Shown here one piece after another: positions 1 through 14,593 of a DNA stretch of 64,000 bases (position 1 is the stretch's first letter; every line of letters begins with the position of its first letter). Source of the stretch: Eledone cirrhosa (taxonomy: Eukaryota); the NCBI GenBank assembly GCA_964016885.1, contig OZ024740.1, positions 114,886,001 through 114,950,000 of the forward strand, in the 5' to 3' direction. Below the pieces are notes generated by a model that had not been told where the DNA came from, searched no databases, and saw only the letters and a list, made by a program, of their open reading frames with translations. A program made the translations under genes and the position numbers.

Positions 1-370
1 AGCCTCCGTCGAATTTCACGAGAACTGCTTCAGTTGTTCGATAAATTATCCTCGTAAAATTAACGTGCAGGTGACTGAGCATTCCACAAACACATATAAC
101 CCTAACATAATTCTCATGAGGATTTAGCATGAAATGGTGTGTGTCATGGCTGGCTCTTTGAATTACAGATACCGTCTATCCAATGGACATACAAATAGTT
201 CCGATTTCTTAATAAACTCACAAAACAAGGGCCCGATTCCATAAATAATATTTGCCTAAAATGTTGTGCACTGGGATCTAACATGTATCAAAATTGAAAA
301 CCTCTTCAATGCGAAGGTTATCGCTCCTCCTGATACAAATAGCAAACAAACCCCCTCATACACATCCTGT

Positions 371-392
371 ATCATCATCATCATCATCATCA

Positions 393-423
<31 letters not shown>

Positions 424-511
424 CTTCTTCTTCTTCTTCTTCTTCTTCTTCTTCTTCTTCTTCTTCTTCTTCTTCTTCTTCTTCTTCTTCTTCTTCTTCT
501 TCTTCTTCTTC
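371..511. repeat. (ATC)n followed by (TTC)n microsatellite
   Basis: Directly visible; accounts for the poly-F and poly-S ORFs. Confidence 0.97.
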
Positions 512-529
512 TCTCTCTTATTCCTGAGT

Positions 530-860
530 GAGTCGTGGTGGCAGAGTCCTCAAACACTCCATCCAGCGGGTACTGTCAGAACCAACCTTCTCCAGCAGAT
601 CCGGCTGGATCACCAAGTGGAACCAGCCAAATCATGGATGTTATCTTGCTCGGGGGTTGACCCGTGGATCTCCTGCCGGTTGGTTATGCCCGTAAACTCT
701 GTCCAGCGATTCTTTCCTGAGATACTCTAACCACGTGTCCGTAGTATCGGACTGTAATCTATCAATTTGGAGAAGTAGCGGCTCTACCCTGGTGAGACTC
801 TCTGATCTCCAAGCTACACACCCATCGGAGGAACCTCATCTTGTCCGGTTATATTAGCGA
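530..860 (-). mobile_element. Degraded 3' remnant of an RTE-like LINE
   Basis: Minus-strand translation gives VRYYGHVVR...PTGRRSTGQP, resembling the RLRWxGHVxR...GxRxRGRP C-terminus of RTE ORFs; contains stops. Confidence 0.45.
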
Positions 861-916
861 TCGGATTATTTTAGTTATTACTCAAAATTCATGTCCATAG
901 GTACGGTATATATATA

Positions 917-1085
917 TAGGAAAATGTTCAAGACCCCAACGGCAGAGCTCGAATAACCGTCGAAACGGCTCGAGCTCTGCCGTCGGGGTCTTGAATATTT
1001 TCCTATTACCCACTCTACTACACTAAGTATTGGGTACTCTAGTGCGTTATGGTCCACCTGGTTACTTACCCCGCTTCCTCCGTTA
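917..1085 (+). mobile_element. Miniature fold-back PLE derivative (family C)
   Basis: ggaaaatgttcaagacccc...ggggtcttgaatattttcc inverted repeat plus a tail matching the 3' end of the PLE at 50241-53351; flanked by TA repeats. Confidence 0.85.
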
Positions 1086-1144
1086 TATATGTATATGTAT
1101 ATATTGGAAAATGTGTGAAATCCTTGCTACAGTTAGGCATATTT

Positions 1145-1325
1145 AAAAAAAGAAAAAGAATGACCTCACTTGTAGTTCTAAACAATTTAATTTAATTTTA
1201 TCATTTAAATTGTTGAGAATTACAAGTGAAGTCATTCCTTTCCCCTGTTGCAGCGTTATTGTTGATTTTAATATAATAGTACGGTTTAATATGAAATGAT
1301 ATGCTAAATACTAACTACAATTGAA
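1145..1325 (+). mobile_element. Short fold-back element, probable PLE terminus
   Basis: gaatgacctcacttgtagttctaaacaatttaa is inverted at about 1204-1237; a related arm lies at about 4868-4920 next to (TA)n. Confidence 0.5.
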
Positions 1326-1712
1326 ATATATATATATCCTCATCGAGGCTACGTTGTTTTGAATCTCGTGTGTTTATTTAATAGTAACAATAGTTCTAAC
1401 CTATTGAAATTTCATAAACATTCTAATATCGTTAACGTTAATTTGTTTGGCTGAAATTCATGTTGATATTTTTTTTAATAAATATTATTTGGTTAAATTA
1501 AATTAATTGTTTTGTCCAACTGACGTTTCTGAAATACGAAATGAATCTTTAATCGTTTGCCAAAAATGCTCAAAATAATGCTGCTTTACGGTTACTTCCG
1601 GAAACTTGAGCAAGCACAAAAAAAGTCAAACAGTCAATAAAAAAATGTATACAAAACTAAATTCATGCATGCATTTATATATTGAAACATATAAAGAAAT
1701 ACATGTATATTT

Positions 1713-1745
<33 letters not shown>

Positions 1746-1922
1746 CTGTATATATATATATACTGTATATATGCCAACACAAGAGCAAGAATGACAGGTT
1801 CATTCTACTGACATGGCTTTAAAGAGGATGTTTGCATAATTGCAAACGAATCGAATATTGTTATTAATATTCGAAAACCTCAGATTATATTTATTGTATT
1901 CAGCCATGTAGAGCGAAAAACA

Positions 1923-1992
<70 letters not shown>

Positions 1993-2024
1993 TTTACATA
2001 TATATATACATATATATACATATA

Positions 2025-2172
2025 CGTGTTTTGCAACGGGTCACTTTGTGGCTCAATGAAAATTTAATAAATCAAATAATCAGAGCTATATATCATAAAA
2101 CATGTCTATAGAATCATAAGATAAAATATATACAATTTCCTCTCCCAATTAGCATAATTAACTATATAAAAA
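2025..2172 (-). mobile_element. Solo PLE-type 3' terminus
   Basis: Reverse complement resembles 23370-23525; lies between (TA)n tracts; carries the bulged tail hairpin at 2051-2086. Confidence 0.65.
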
Positions 2173-2219
2173 TATGATATATATATATGATATATATATA
2201 TACGATATATGATATATTA

Positions 2220-2262
<43 letters not shown>

Positions 2263-2266
<4 letters not shown>

Positions 2267-4807
2267 GGAAACATTTGAACAGGAACAAAACAGAGAGGCA
2301 GTACAACGAATGTTTATTAATTTCACGCTCTGGAGAGTGGGGTGGTAGTGGGGAACGACGATTCGGGCATAAGCCCTTCCTCAGGTGAGAAGTGTGTGGG
2401 AACAGAGTTCAAAGGGTGTGTAGGGGACTAGTGGAGAGACATATAGCGAAAGGAAACGGTGCGAATGAAATTAAAAATAAAAGTAAAAATAAAGCATGAT
2501 CAAATTACAAGGAATGAAATAAAATTAAATATAAAAGCATGATCAAAATAAACTGAAATTAAAAAGGGGTAAAACAGGTGGTGGAAGGGTGTTGGGTGTA
2601 TAGGGGTTGTGGCGGGTGGAGTGGGGAGAGGGATACGGGGTGTCCGAGCGGGGAGGGCTGAAGGTGGTGTGTGTGTGTAGGTGTACGTGTGTGTGTGTGT
2701 ATGTGAAAGTAAGGGTTGGGGGAAGAACGGGGTTGCATGTTCAGGAAGAGGTGTGTGTGTGGGAAGGGTTGTAGGTCGGAGTGTCTGTGCGTGTGTGGAT
2801 AGAGGGGTGGGGGGAGAGGAATGAGGAGGCTGAGGGTGTAAATATGTCGTGGAAAGCACGTGTGTGTGGGGTTTAAGCGTGTTGTGGGTGTAGGTGGCGT
2901 GTGGGAGAAAAAAAATGTTTGGGTGTGTGTGTGGGTGAGTTATATAGGTGATTCCGTAAGAGGATGGTTGAAATGTTGGTAAAATCCTATGATGTTTAGT
3001 GGATTCTGTGGTGATCAAGTTCCACATACGAGTATTCCATGAAGAGATGGTCGGAAGAGGAGAGATGTGGGGTGCGCGCGCAACAGGAAGTGGTCAAGCG
3101 GTGGGAGTGCTGTGTGTCTGTTTGTGCTGGGAGGTGGTCAGTGGGCATAGCAGCAGTCGGTGGAATGGTAAAGGGGCGAGGATGGGTAGGTGTGAAAGTT
3201 GGAGTGAGGAGGGTGTGTATGTGTATTAGTAGAGGTGTTAGTGGGATGAGTGTGTGTGGTGCGAGGGTGTGGGTGGAGCGGGGAGAGAAGGATGTGTGTA
3301 GTTCTATGGAGGGAGTGTGGTGTACTGGTGTGTGTGTAGTTTGATGAGGGGGTGTTAGTGAGGTTAGTTGCGGGGTGGTGGGATGGAGGTGTGGGGGTGA
3401 GGGTTAGTGGTGGTAGTAGGGTGTGTGTTTAGTGTGAGCGCGTGTATATATGTGTGCCGGTGGGTGTGTGCGTGTGATAAGGAGGGGCGGGGAGGAGAAG
3501 AAGGGAGGGATGTTAGTATGTTAGTTGGGGAAGGGTGGTCGGATGAGGGGTGAAGTGGAGGTGTTAGTATAGTTAGTTGTGGGGTGGGCGGTGAAAAGGA
3601 GGGGTGTATTAGTGGGATGTTAGTGGGGGATAAGTGTGGGGGAGGGGGGCGGTCGAAGGCTAAAGGAATAAGGGTGGGGAGTTCAGGCCAGGGGGAGTGT
3701 GGGTCTGTAAGATGAAGATAGTTCTTTGTTCGACTCTAAGGCGATTGGCGGGTGTTCCGTGGCATTGGAGTAGGCCACAGGCTGTGAGATGGCGTGCGGA
3801 ATGTCCAGGGCCACCAAAGTGGCGGGCGATGGGGGAACTACCACCGAGACGAATATCCCGGAGGTGCTCACTGAATCGGTCCACCAGGCGACGTCCCGTC
3901 TGTCCGACATAAGTCCGTAGACTAGGTAGGAGAATGTGCAGCAGAAGGCATGCCGGACAGAGAGAGAGTGGTCGTTGGGACCCGAGAAGGTGGTGGTGTT
4001 GGTGATGTGGGGACAGGTGTTGCAGCGGGGCCTAGAACAGGGAAAGGAACCGGGGGGGAAACAGAGCGTGGGTTGGGGGTAGGGAGCTGTGGACGAGGAG
4101 GGTGCGGAGATAGCGTGCGCGTTTGAAGGAGGGGAGTGGTGAGGTTGGGAAGATGTGGGAGGTGGAGGGGTCGGACTGGAGGCGTCGGAAGAGGCGGCGG
4201 ATGGTGCGGTGGAGGGATGCGGTGGAGGGGTGGTAGGTGATGGGGAAGGGTAGACGGTGGGTGGGTGTGCGGTGGCGTGGGGTGAGGGTGGTGGAGCGGT
4301 GGACAGCACGGGCGCGGGTGAGAGCGGTGTGGACGAGAGGGGGGGGGGGGGGGGGGGTAACCTCTGCGGATGAAATTGCTGACTAGGGAAAGGGCCTGGG
4401 ACTCGAAGTCAGCATCTCGGCTACAGAGGCGGCGGATCCTGAGGAGTTGGGAGTAGGGAATGGAGTCTCTAGTGTGGGTGGGAAGAGGTGAAGTCGAGGT
4501 AAGAGTGGGAGTCGGTGGGTTTGAAGAAGGCGGAGGTGACGAGGGAGTGGTGGGAGGGGTCGAAAGCGACGGAGATGTCTAAGAAGTGGACGTGGGTGGT
4601 GGAGATAGAGGTGGTGAAGTGGAGGGAAGGGTGGAAGCAGCAGAAGAAGGATAGAAAGTAGTCCAGCTGTTCTCGGGTGAGGGTCGTGGCTCCGATACAG
4701 TCGTCAATGTAACGACCGTACAGTTCGGGCGTGGGGCCGGTGTACTGGGCAAAGATTTGGGCCTCAACATGGCCAACAAAAAGGTTGGCATAGTTCGGGC
4801 CCATTCT

Positions 4808-4810
<3 letters not shown>
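2263..4810 (-). mobile_element. 5'-truncated Penelope-like element (YIDD-type RT plus GIY-YIG), frameshifted
   Basis: ORF 4469-4804 has MGPNYANLF...RYIDD...FLD...FKPTDSHSYL. 3660-4050 has CxRPRCNTC, LVYGL, RFSEH, ARHF and EQ..I..L.T..P.GLN. Degenerate HHR (CTGAGGA agggc ttat gccc GAAt) on the minus strand at 2356-2386. TA flanks on both sides. Confidence 0.9.
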
Positions 4811-4867
<57 letters not shown>

Positions 4868-4991
4868 AAAAAAGGAAAAAAATGACTTCATTTGCAGATT
4901 TAAACAATTTAATTTTATTTCATATTATTATAATTTTATAATTTGGTTTTCGATATAGATTGTTAATATCAAGCAAAGCAACTAATAGTAT

Positions 4992-5160
4992 TGGATTGGC
5001 AATAGGGCGGTGGATTGGCAGCATTGGTAAAGGGTCGGACGCCTTTTATGATCTGAGTTCAAATCACGCTGAGATTGACTTTGCCTTTCATCCTTTTGGG
5101 GTCAATAAAATAAAGCACCAGTGTAATTGCTGGCCTTCTTCCAAAAGTAGAAACAATTAT
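4992..5160 (+). mobile_element. tRNA-derived SINE (most abundant SINE family in the window)
   Basis: B-box-like gagttcaaatc followed by ttgcctttcatcc...ggggtc.ataaaataaag.accag; many further copies in the window. Confidence 0.8.
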
Positions 5161-6329
5161 CTAAAACTTGGGAAATTTCAAGTCGTGGTTACCTTCTCAA
5201 TTACGTGTAAAGTAGTTTTTATTGTTTTTAAAAAGTGGCGGATTATTTTGGGGAATAATAAAACTGAGGCTAATATTAAATTTGTTAAATCCTTGTGCTT
5301 CACGGAGAAACCTATATATTTCCCAAAACATCAGGTTAGTTTTATGGCGGGTTTTCAACTTAAATCTTAAAGACCCATAATAATGTACTGCAGATAATTT
5401 GTTTTAATAATTCTGTTAATACACCCAATTTCGGCAAGATACGGTGTTTTCGTTGAAGCGAATATTAGTATTATAATCTGGTTGAACATTCAGATATTCC
5501 CATCCCCAAATACAACATACCAACTTGCGCCAAATCAAGAAATATTATGTATGCAAAAACTAATAAAGCCTTAATAAAATGAATATTAAAAATCTACTTT
5601 GGTATTCCTTTCTCTCAGCCATCAACCAGATACGGATATATTTATATATATTCAGAATTACACGGGATTACCGTCCAATGAGTTTAATGGTCGATTTACC
5701 TAGCATGCACTCTCATTTACGTGCAGCAGCAGAGAAAAGTCCAAAGCCTTATATCATTACATCTATAGGCTCCGGGATGAAGGGGGCAACATTTCCCACC
5801 TAAAACGGTGTTTCCTTGACAGGGCACTCCTTCAGAACCCCAGGGTTGTCGCTGACAGATTCGGCTCAACAAGATGTCGCGCATATTGAAGCAATTTCAG
5901 ATATCCATATCCAGGAATACCCAGCAACCGTTTTGCAGTCATCAGAGAAAACCTTTGTTAGCCAACTTCAAAGCACTGACACCGAGCACCCTACAAGAAC
6001 CAGCTCAGCTCCATATAGTGATGTACTTGTCAGGATGAGGAGGATTATGATGATGTGGTTTTGGATTGTCATCTCTTGCAATATATTCACAGTGATGTCA
6101 TATTAATATAGAGAAGGAAAATATATTACCCAAGAAATAAAGTGAGAAAGGATTATAACAAGACAGAAAGATAGTTGGACAGACTAATAGGTAGATATAG
6201 TGACAGAGAGACAGACTGATAGATACAAAGAGGTAACTAGCGGGAGAAGATAGAACAAATTAGCGAATGAATAAAATCAATATCAAACTTGAAAAAAACA
6301 AAACAGATTGAGACAAAAATAAATGCTAG

Positions 6330-6746
6330 AAATACGGAAGAAAAGGTTGATAGATAGATTGATGGATGTGGATGAATGGATACAGAGACAGACACACAAA
6401 CAGACGGACAGATAGACAGATAGGTAGATAGAAAGATATATATATATATATAGATAGATAGTGAGAGAGAAACACATAAAGTGAGAGAACGATAGATAAA
6501 TGGATAGATTGATTGATAGATGAATGGGTGTATGGATGGATGGATGGATGGATGGGTAAATAGATAAACCGATAGAAGGAATGATATAGATTGACGTATC
6601 TATAGATTAATAGTTAGAAATCTTCAGAAAGATAGACAGATAGATTCATAAACATATGCATAAACAGATAGATTAATAGATAGTTAGATTGATGGGTAAT
6701 TGGATATGGATAGATAGACGTATTGATAGGCTGATAAACCGGTAGG

Positions 6747-6827
<81 letters not shown>

Positions 6828-6850
6828 GAATAGATAGATAGTTGAGTAGA
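6330..6850. repeat. (GATA)n/(GGAT)n microsatellite region
   Basis: Pure GATA run at about 6748-6826 with degenerate flanks. Confidence 0.9.
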
Positions 6851-7743
6851 TATATAGCTTTAAATTTGTTAGATAAAAACAATAAAATACAAAGAAATAC
6901 ACAAGACCAAAACCAACAACAAAAAGAAATACAATGAAAGAATGTGATAAAGAATGAATGGAATAAAATAGATAGAATAATGGGAAAAAATATCGGAAAG
7001 AAAAATTGTAATAATTTTATTTATCATTGTTGAACAACAACAAAAAAACAACATATTAACAAGAATAACACCCGGAAAATCTGCTGAAGTAAATGAAAAG
7101 AAAGGCAGAAATTTTTAAAGACATAAATCTTGTTGTCTATTATCCGTGATTTTTGGTGTAAATTTTTTCTATTTCTTTGTTCGAAATTTTAAAAGAAAAG
7201 AAAATTTGAAATATAGGAAATAATATTTGTAAAGCAGGGATATTTGTTGTTTTTTATCTACATAAAAATAAAAAAAATCGATAATATATCAAGTTTAATT
7301 GATGATCAGCAAAAATCTTATGTTCACATACTGAAAGAGACTTGATAAAAAGAAATTAAATTGATAAATGAACGAAAGAAAGCATAACTAAGGTTAATAA
7401 TAATAATAGTAACAGTGATAATGATAATGGTGAGGTTGATGATGACGATGATGGTGATGATGACAACAACTACAACAATAATAACAACAGCAACAACAAC
7501 AACAATAATAATAATAATAATAATGATTTCTTTAAGAAGTAAATAACCAAATAAAAATGGTGGAAAACCTAATTAATTGCTCTATGTATTTGGGTGAAGT
7601 TATGGGAGAGCCTTTGTGTGTGTTGGCTGTGTCTATGTATGTCATGTATGTTGTGTGTATGTGTGTGCACAAAACGCAAACACACATATGTATATTTGTG
7701 TTTTGTGTGCAAATGTAACCGTCAGTCCGGTGTGAATCTGAGT

Positions 7744-7790
<47 letters not shown>

Positions 7791-8523
7791 TGTGTGTGTG
7801 TGAGCTGAATTGAGATTCTTCGCATTATGTGTGTATAGAGTGATGTTATATGTGTGAATGTGTGTGTGTGTGCTGAAAGAATTTATAGCTGCTGAAGAAG
7901 ATGTGTGGGATGGAAATTAGCGAAGTCGTTAACATGCTTGCATTCACTTTAAATAATAGACCCGCCTAAGAATGTGTAACTAATAATGTGATGCACCTTA
8001 CAGAATTGATTATGGGAGAGTGCATTCATTGTATGTTCGCGTACACACACATAGACACACACAGTTACACACACACATACATACAGAAATATACACAGAC
8101 ACACCGACACTCACGCACACACGCGCACATATACAAACACACACATATACATACACCTGTACACACACACGCACACACACACATACACGTAAACATTCGC
8201 ACTCACGCTGAACCTCCGTCGGTGACGCCGACAAGTGTTCTAGCTGCTTGGGCAATGTAACAGCCTGCTCGTGACATTAATGTGCAAGTGGCTGACTATT
8301 ACGCAGATATATGCACCCATAAATTGATTCTCAGGGAGATGAAGTAATGATGATTACGGTCTTTCGCAGACACCTCAGTCTAATGGAGACAATCCGCCTC
8401 CGAGTTTAATCACAGCAAATTTGAACTTGCAGCAGAGGGAACCAGAACGAAGAGCGCAAGCTATTTTCTCTGACTCTGCCAATGAGCCCCTACAAACACA
8501 CACGCGTTCATATATATCGGGCA

Positions 8524-8628
8524 CGGAAAATTCCCAGCTGGATAATTACCGGGCGGAAGATTGCCAGGCGGAAAATTGCCCGTGGAGAAAATTGCCATTG
8601 AGAAAATTGCCAGTGGGGCAATTGTCCC
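8524..8628. repeat. Approximately 15-bp minisatellite (GGAAAATTGCCnnnn)
   Basis: About seven degenerate units of gaaaattgcc. Confidence 0.7.
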
Positions 8629-8682
8629 GTTTTTCTACTTCCTAATCTAGCAACTTGTACTCTCTTAACGAAGGACTAATGT

Positions 8683-9246
<564 letters not shown>

Positions 9247-9249
<3 letters not shown>

Positions 9250-9688
9250 GGCTTCTACAGAAATAGAACTGTTTCATTCGGAAGAAATCATCAGGAAGCC
9301 GACTGTTCAAGTAATATGGGAGTATTTATACATTTTCCAGTGGGAGGAGAGGGTGATGATTGGGATGGGTGGAGGTCATTGGTTGATGGATTTAAAGAAA
9401 AGGGAATTCTTTAAAAACTATATTTCAAGTAACAATTTTAAAGATTTCCATTTTCTTTAAACCCATCAACCAATGACCTCCACACATCCCATTCACCACT
9501 TTCTCCTACCACCAGAAAATGTACAAATACAACCATATTACTTGGACAGTCGGCTTTCTGATGATTTCTCCCGAATGAAACAGTTTTAGTCCTGTAGAAG
9601 CTATTTCTATATTAAATATTTATACTCTGCTATGTATTGAGCACAATACTTACTGTGGTTACCCCCTATTGAACCCTGGATAAACATA

Positions 9689-9690
<2 letters not shown>
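9247..9690 (+). mobile_element. Miniature fold-back PLE derivative (family A)
   Basis: 9247-9410 is inverted at about 9446-9606, followed by a tail; each arm has an HHR. Confidence 0.85.
9250..9300 (-). ncRNA. Type I hammerhead ribozyme (family A)
   Basis: Minus strand: ggcttc-CTGATGA-t ttc ttcc gaa t-GAAA cag...ctg TA-gaagcc. Confidence 0.75.
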
Positions 9691-9747
<57 letters not shown>

Positions 9748-9750
<3 letters not shown>

Positions 9751-10620
9751 CATAGAGGGTGAGTGGAAAGCCCCTCCCTAATATATTTTTGATGCACATA
9801 TGACATGTCGTCTATATTGAAATTTGATTGGTTTAAAATATTCACCAATTGTATATATTTTTATGCGTCAACAAATAATGACTTTATTTTCCTTATTGTA
9901 CGTGTAGTGAACTGGGGAAAAAATGTGTCAACTGAAGTCAGAATTTCAATTATTTTGTTAATGGAAATGTACAAGTCTGTAACTGTTGTTCAGCTAAATT
10001 AGTCAACTCAGTACAATTCACCAGCCTCTTTATACAAAACAATACAAGATTGCTTTGTTAAATTCAAAGAAACATGATCAGTATATGAACTTGACATGAG
10101 TGACAGACCCAGTTTGGATGAAGACAAAATGAAGCAATTGAAGAAACTTTCGCAAGAGCGCCATCAACAACTCTCAGGCAGCATGTCAGCTTGGTCTCAA
10201 AAACAGTTTATTACATGCATGAATAGTGCACCCAGCCACTTGTTAATTGTTAAACAATATCTGAGTGAAAATTTTGGAACCGATGAATAAGTAATAATGG
10301 CCTAATTGATTGGGCACCAAGACCCGAAATCTTACCCCAATTAATTTTTTTTTAATTTCTGGGACATATTGTGCAACCTTCCTTTCAGAAAACTGTTCAA
10401 GAACTGAAACAACTACATCAACAGCATTCAACAAAATAACAAAAGAACATCTTGAAGCTGCATTCGACAATTTCGTGAAGAGTCTTGATATGTGCATATC
10501 TATGGGAGGTGAACATTTTGAAAATTTTTCTTAACTGTTAAAAACTTTATATCATGTTACTTTTAAAAATAAAGACAATAGATTGCTTAGAGGTATTTTC
10601 GTAATGATCATTTTCGATGA
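9748..10620 (+). mobile_element. Tc1/mariner transposon remnant
   Basis: ORF 10310-10534 has RNLTPINFFL...EHLEAAFDNFVKSLDMCISMGGEHFE, matching the SPDLTPxDFFLWG...CIxxxGxHFE transposase C-terminus. Confidence 0.7.
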
Positions 10621-10753
10621 AAACATATATATATATATACTGGGACGGAATCGCAAAGACGTCAGAAACACTTTCATCCTTTCGGGGTCGATAGAAAATT
10701 AGCAGTCTAGTGCCGGAGTCGATTCTTCCTCTATATCTCTTTCTCACCCATCT

Positions 10754-10841
<88 letters not shown>

Positions 10842-11596
10842 ACTTTCTATCCTTCTCTGGAAGAAATCTGCTGGATTCTGACCGGAGGAGGGATGTTCTC
10901 TGCCAATTTTAAAACGACCTAGAAACACCGTATGCCACTACGAAGCCCCAACTGCTCCATCAGGAGTTACGATACCATGCATGTATATATATATATGTAT
11001 ATATATGCATATATATATATATATATATATAATTTAGCGAGGTTTTTTATATGAAATCGTGTGTCGAAACAAATATTGTTATACTTGGGGAGGGTCCTAC
11101 TTGTGTAATATTGCCAGAATTAATAACAGAACACACTCACTGTTTGGTTGGTTTTCGCTTCTCGCTGTCTTTTATATCTGCGATCTAACTTACTCGGTCC
11201 TCAATGTTGCCATTGACTGACCGACGGTCAAAAATAATACAGATACAATATAGACACAAACACATATATATAGTTTACATAATTTACATAATTCTTTCGT
11301 TGCACATCTGCAACATCGTCAGTGGTGTTATATTTTTTCCTCCTGTTGTGTTGTATGTCTACGCCATTTTTTATTCAGTCTGTCTATATATTTATTTATT
11401 TGCTTGTTTGTTTATTTTATTTGGTCTTCTTTGCGCATGCGTTTGCGTGTGTGTATAGTGTTATGTTTGCTGTGTGACTAGTGTGTATAGTGTTGTGTCT
11501 GCTGGGTGACTAGTGTGTGTTTATGTGCTTGTTGTTATTGTGCTTGTGTATGTATTTATTTATCTTATTTTATTTTATTTTATTTTATTTACTTAT

Positions 11597-12151
11597 TTAT
11601 ACTTCTCTTAGGTCAGTGTTGTTTGTTTGGGTGTTGTTGTTGTTCCACTCATTCTTTCTGTTTAGCTTTGGTCTTCTAATTTCTATTTCACTGGCCTCTC
11701 TGATTTGCCTATCTGCTGGGTCATTCCTATGTTTAGATATTATTCTAATTTCTATGTTGTCTATGTTACCGTCATGTTGTTGTCTAGCATGTTCGTATAG
11801 TACTGACCCGTTTTTTCGTCCTTTTAGTTCCCCCCAGTGTTGGTCTATCCTTTCACCTATGCTACGAGCTGTTTCACCTATGTATGTTGTTGTCATGTTT
11901 CTGCAAGTACCCTCTGTACATCTTATGCTATAGACTACGTTTCTAGTTTTACAGTTTATCCGGGGGTTCACCTTACATATGATACATTTCCTATTGGTAC
12001 AGTGGGTTTTCTTAAAAGGGTAGGTTTTGCTGATCAGGGATTTTATGGTGGTTCCTGGCTTTTCTACCACCTTTATTTTTAAGTGGGTCTTTCTCAGGGC
12101 CTTTCTACACTGGTTAGCTAATTTCCCTCCAGGGGTGGCGTCCACAAACAT
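11597..12151 (-). pseudogene. PLE GIY-YIG endonuclease region
   Basis: C..C..C linker, NVVYSIRC...YIGETARSIGER..QH...EH...RQIREA...LN. Confidence 0.85.
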
Positions 12152-13070
12152 GACACTCTGATATCTCTGGTTGTCGTACCATGATGTGGCCTTCCCTATC
12201 TTATGTCTAGCCCTATCTAAGCTATTCCATTATTTGCTCCTGTATAATGGGCAAATTCCTTTCATGTCCAGTTCTATGAGGGTCTTATACTTTTCCATGG
12301 CTCCTTCGTATACTCTGACTCTGTCTCTTTGGTTGTAGCCAGAGAACTGTATGCGGTTGATGAAGTGTTGGATGTGTCTTTCCATTTCTGTTGGGTCGCA
12401 CATGCGGGACACATTCTTCATCACTCGTACCAAATCTGCGATCAGAATATTAAACTTAGCACTACTGGACATTGCTGAGTTTTTGAGTATCAGGTATTTG
12501 GAGGCCATGGGTTTAGCATAGTGTGAGTGGAGAATTTGGGCTCTCTCGTCTATAGTGTTAATCCAGAGTTCTGTGTCTAATACAGGTAGTCTATTGTTAG
12601 GGTGTTTGGAAGGGAAGTCGATAGTTACAGTTATACTCTGGTGTATGGAATTAGCTATCTGCTGGATGCTTTCCATCGTGCTACGTTCTAAATCAAACTT
12701 ATTAGTGCTCTCTAGTGGGGGTGTTCTTATAACTATATTGATATTGTCTACATAACGAGAGTACATGATGAGGTCTATGGAGCTTTCATTAAGGCGATCT
12801 TTAAGTCTCCTTTCCCACCATACCATGAATACATACCATAAATACATACCATAAATACATACACAAGCACAATAACAACAAGCACGTAAACACACACTAG
12901 TCACCCAGCAGACACAACACTATACATATTATTTTTGACCGTCGGTCAGTCAATGGCAACATTGGGGACCGAGTAAGTTAGATCGCAGATATAAAAGACA
13001 GCGAGAAGCGAAAACCAACCAAACAGTGAGTGTGTTCTGTTATTAATTCTGGCAATATTACACAAATATG

Positions 13071-13248
13071 TGAATTGGCAGTATCGGTAGAGGGTCGGGC
13101 GCCATGCTTTGCAGCACAGTTACGTCCCTTTACGGACTGAGTTCAAATCCCGCCGAGGTTAACTTTGCCTTTCATCCTTACGGGGTCGATAAAATAAAGT
13201 ACCAGTAATGTACTGGGATAATTGCTGGCCTTGTGCCAAAAGTAGAAA
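13071..13248 (+). mobile_element. tRNA-derived SINE with an approximately 18-bp target-site duplication
   Basis: caatattacacaaatatg at 13053-13070 and 13249-13266; B-box gagttcaaatccc. Confidence 0.9.
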
Positions 13249-13281
13249 CAATATTACACAAATATGACCCTCCCCAAGTAT

Positions 13282-13341
<60 letters not shown>

Positions 13342-13342
13342 T

Positions 13343-14410
13343 TCTAGGGTGGGTAAAATTCCCGAGATCCTTGGACGAGTTCTCTCCAGCGGTCTCTGTC
13401 CCTCATTATCGCTGCTATGTCCTGCATCTCTAACAGACCAGTGTCTGTCCTTAGGGCATCAACATACGTTAATCCTCTGTGTGCTTGCAGGGGATCCCAC
13501 AGGAGCACTGAGTGCAATGTCAACTCTAGATGTCGGTGAGCATGTCCAGCTAACCTCAGTCTACTCTGTGTCACTTTTGAGCTGATATTTGGGAGGCTCC
13601 CATACAGATCTGAGTTTTTCATCCTCAGTGTATACTGATTAATGTTCAAAGCAATCCTCAGCATTCTCGTGTAGCACCCATCCACCATCTGTGTCAGTTT
13701 CTTGGTCAGTGTCCAAGTCTCAGACACGTATAGCAGCACAGACTCCACTACAGCAATGAAGGGGCGTATTTTCAGGTCTTTACGAAGGTTTGACTTCCAC
13801 ACCGATCTCAAGCTGTGGCACGCCGCCCAGGCTTTGCTCTTCCTCTCAACAACATCATCTTCCGTATTCCCATTCTTTGCTCCCAAATACAGGAAATTCT
13901 CAACCAATTCTAGCGGCTTCCCGCCTACATTAGTAATGCCCTCTGGCTTTTCAACATTCTCTACCAAATATTTTGTTTTAGTCTCATTCATTCTCAGCCC
14001 CACACTCATCGACATAGTCTCAACCTCCTGCATCAAATCCTCTGTCTCCTTCACTGTATTTGTCACCAAAACTATGTGGTCGGCACATTCAGTATCCGAT
14101 ATCTTTTTCCCCTTAACTCTCCTGCTCTGAGCCGGTGCTAGAGTAAAGCCAGAGTCCTGGTGTTTCTCCAATGCAAGGCGCATACAATAGTCCACTACGA
14201 TGATAAAACGGTAGGGAGCCAATGTATCTCGCTGGAGACTCCAGCCAGTATCTCAAAGAACTCTATCATCCCATCAGGTGTAATGACTCGGGCTTTGGTG
14301 TTGGTGTAGACCAGTGAAATCAGGCCCACTATCTTCTTGGGGATTCCATAAGCCAGTAAGATCTTCATCAGGCAGTGACGGCCTTCCTAAAGTCAATGAA
14401 AACGATGACC
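13343..14410 (-). mobile_element. 5'-truncated RTE-like LINE (RT C-terminal part)
   Basis: ORF 13344-14222: (QGDT)LAPY.F, ADxIVL, GLRMNETKT, FLYLG, LLY.SETWTL, RLRLAGH. Confidence 0.88.
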
Positions 14411-14527
14411 GCAGGAAGGCACTTTTCTTTACCTCCCTCTAATATTCTCCTCACCATCAGGATGTGACTGGTGGTTGATCTTCCCTCTCTGAAGCCGTTG
14501 TGGTTGTCCCTGAGCTTCTTCTCCATC

Positions 14528-14559
<32 letters not shown>

Positions 14560-14562
14560 CCA

Positions 14563-14591
<29 letters not shown>

Positions 14592-14593
<2 letters not shown>

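Larger units (their letters stand above)
11031..13289 (-). mobile_element. 5'-truncated PLE (family G) with an inverted upstream pseudo-LTR
   Basis: RT/thumb ORF 12230-12904 (RYVDN, LPVLD, KPMAS) and GIY-YIG ORF 11597-12151 (VVYSI...YIGETARS). 12835-13289 is an inverted copy of 11073-11239 joined to 11484-11558. TA flanks. Confidence 0.92.

Noticed and set aside
2500-3600. Pro/His/Thr-rich ORFs
   Set aside because: Low-complexity, G-rich 3' UTR of the PLE at 2263-4810.
5650-6030. Possible host exon (ORF 5816-6106)
   Set aside because: No recognisable domain or supported splice structure; it cannot be distinguished from decayed repeat.
11240-11483. Segment missing from the inverted arm of the family G PLE, as a possible intron
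   Set aside because: The boundaries are not GT-AG on either strand; a deletion or template switch is more likely.
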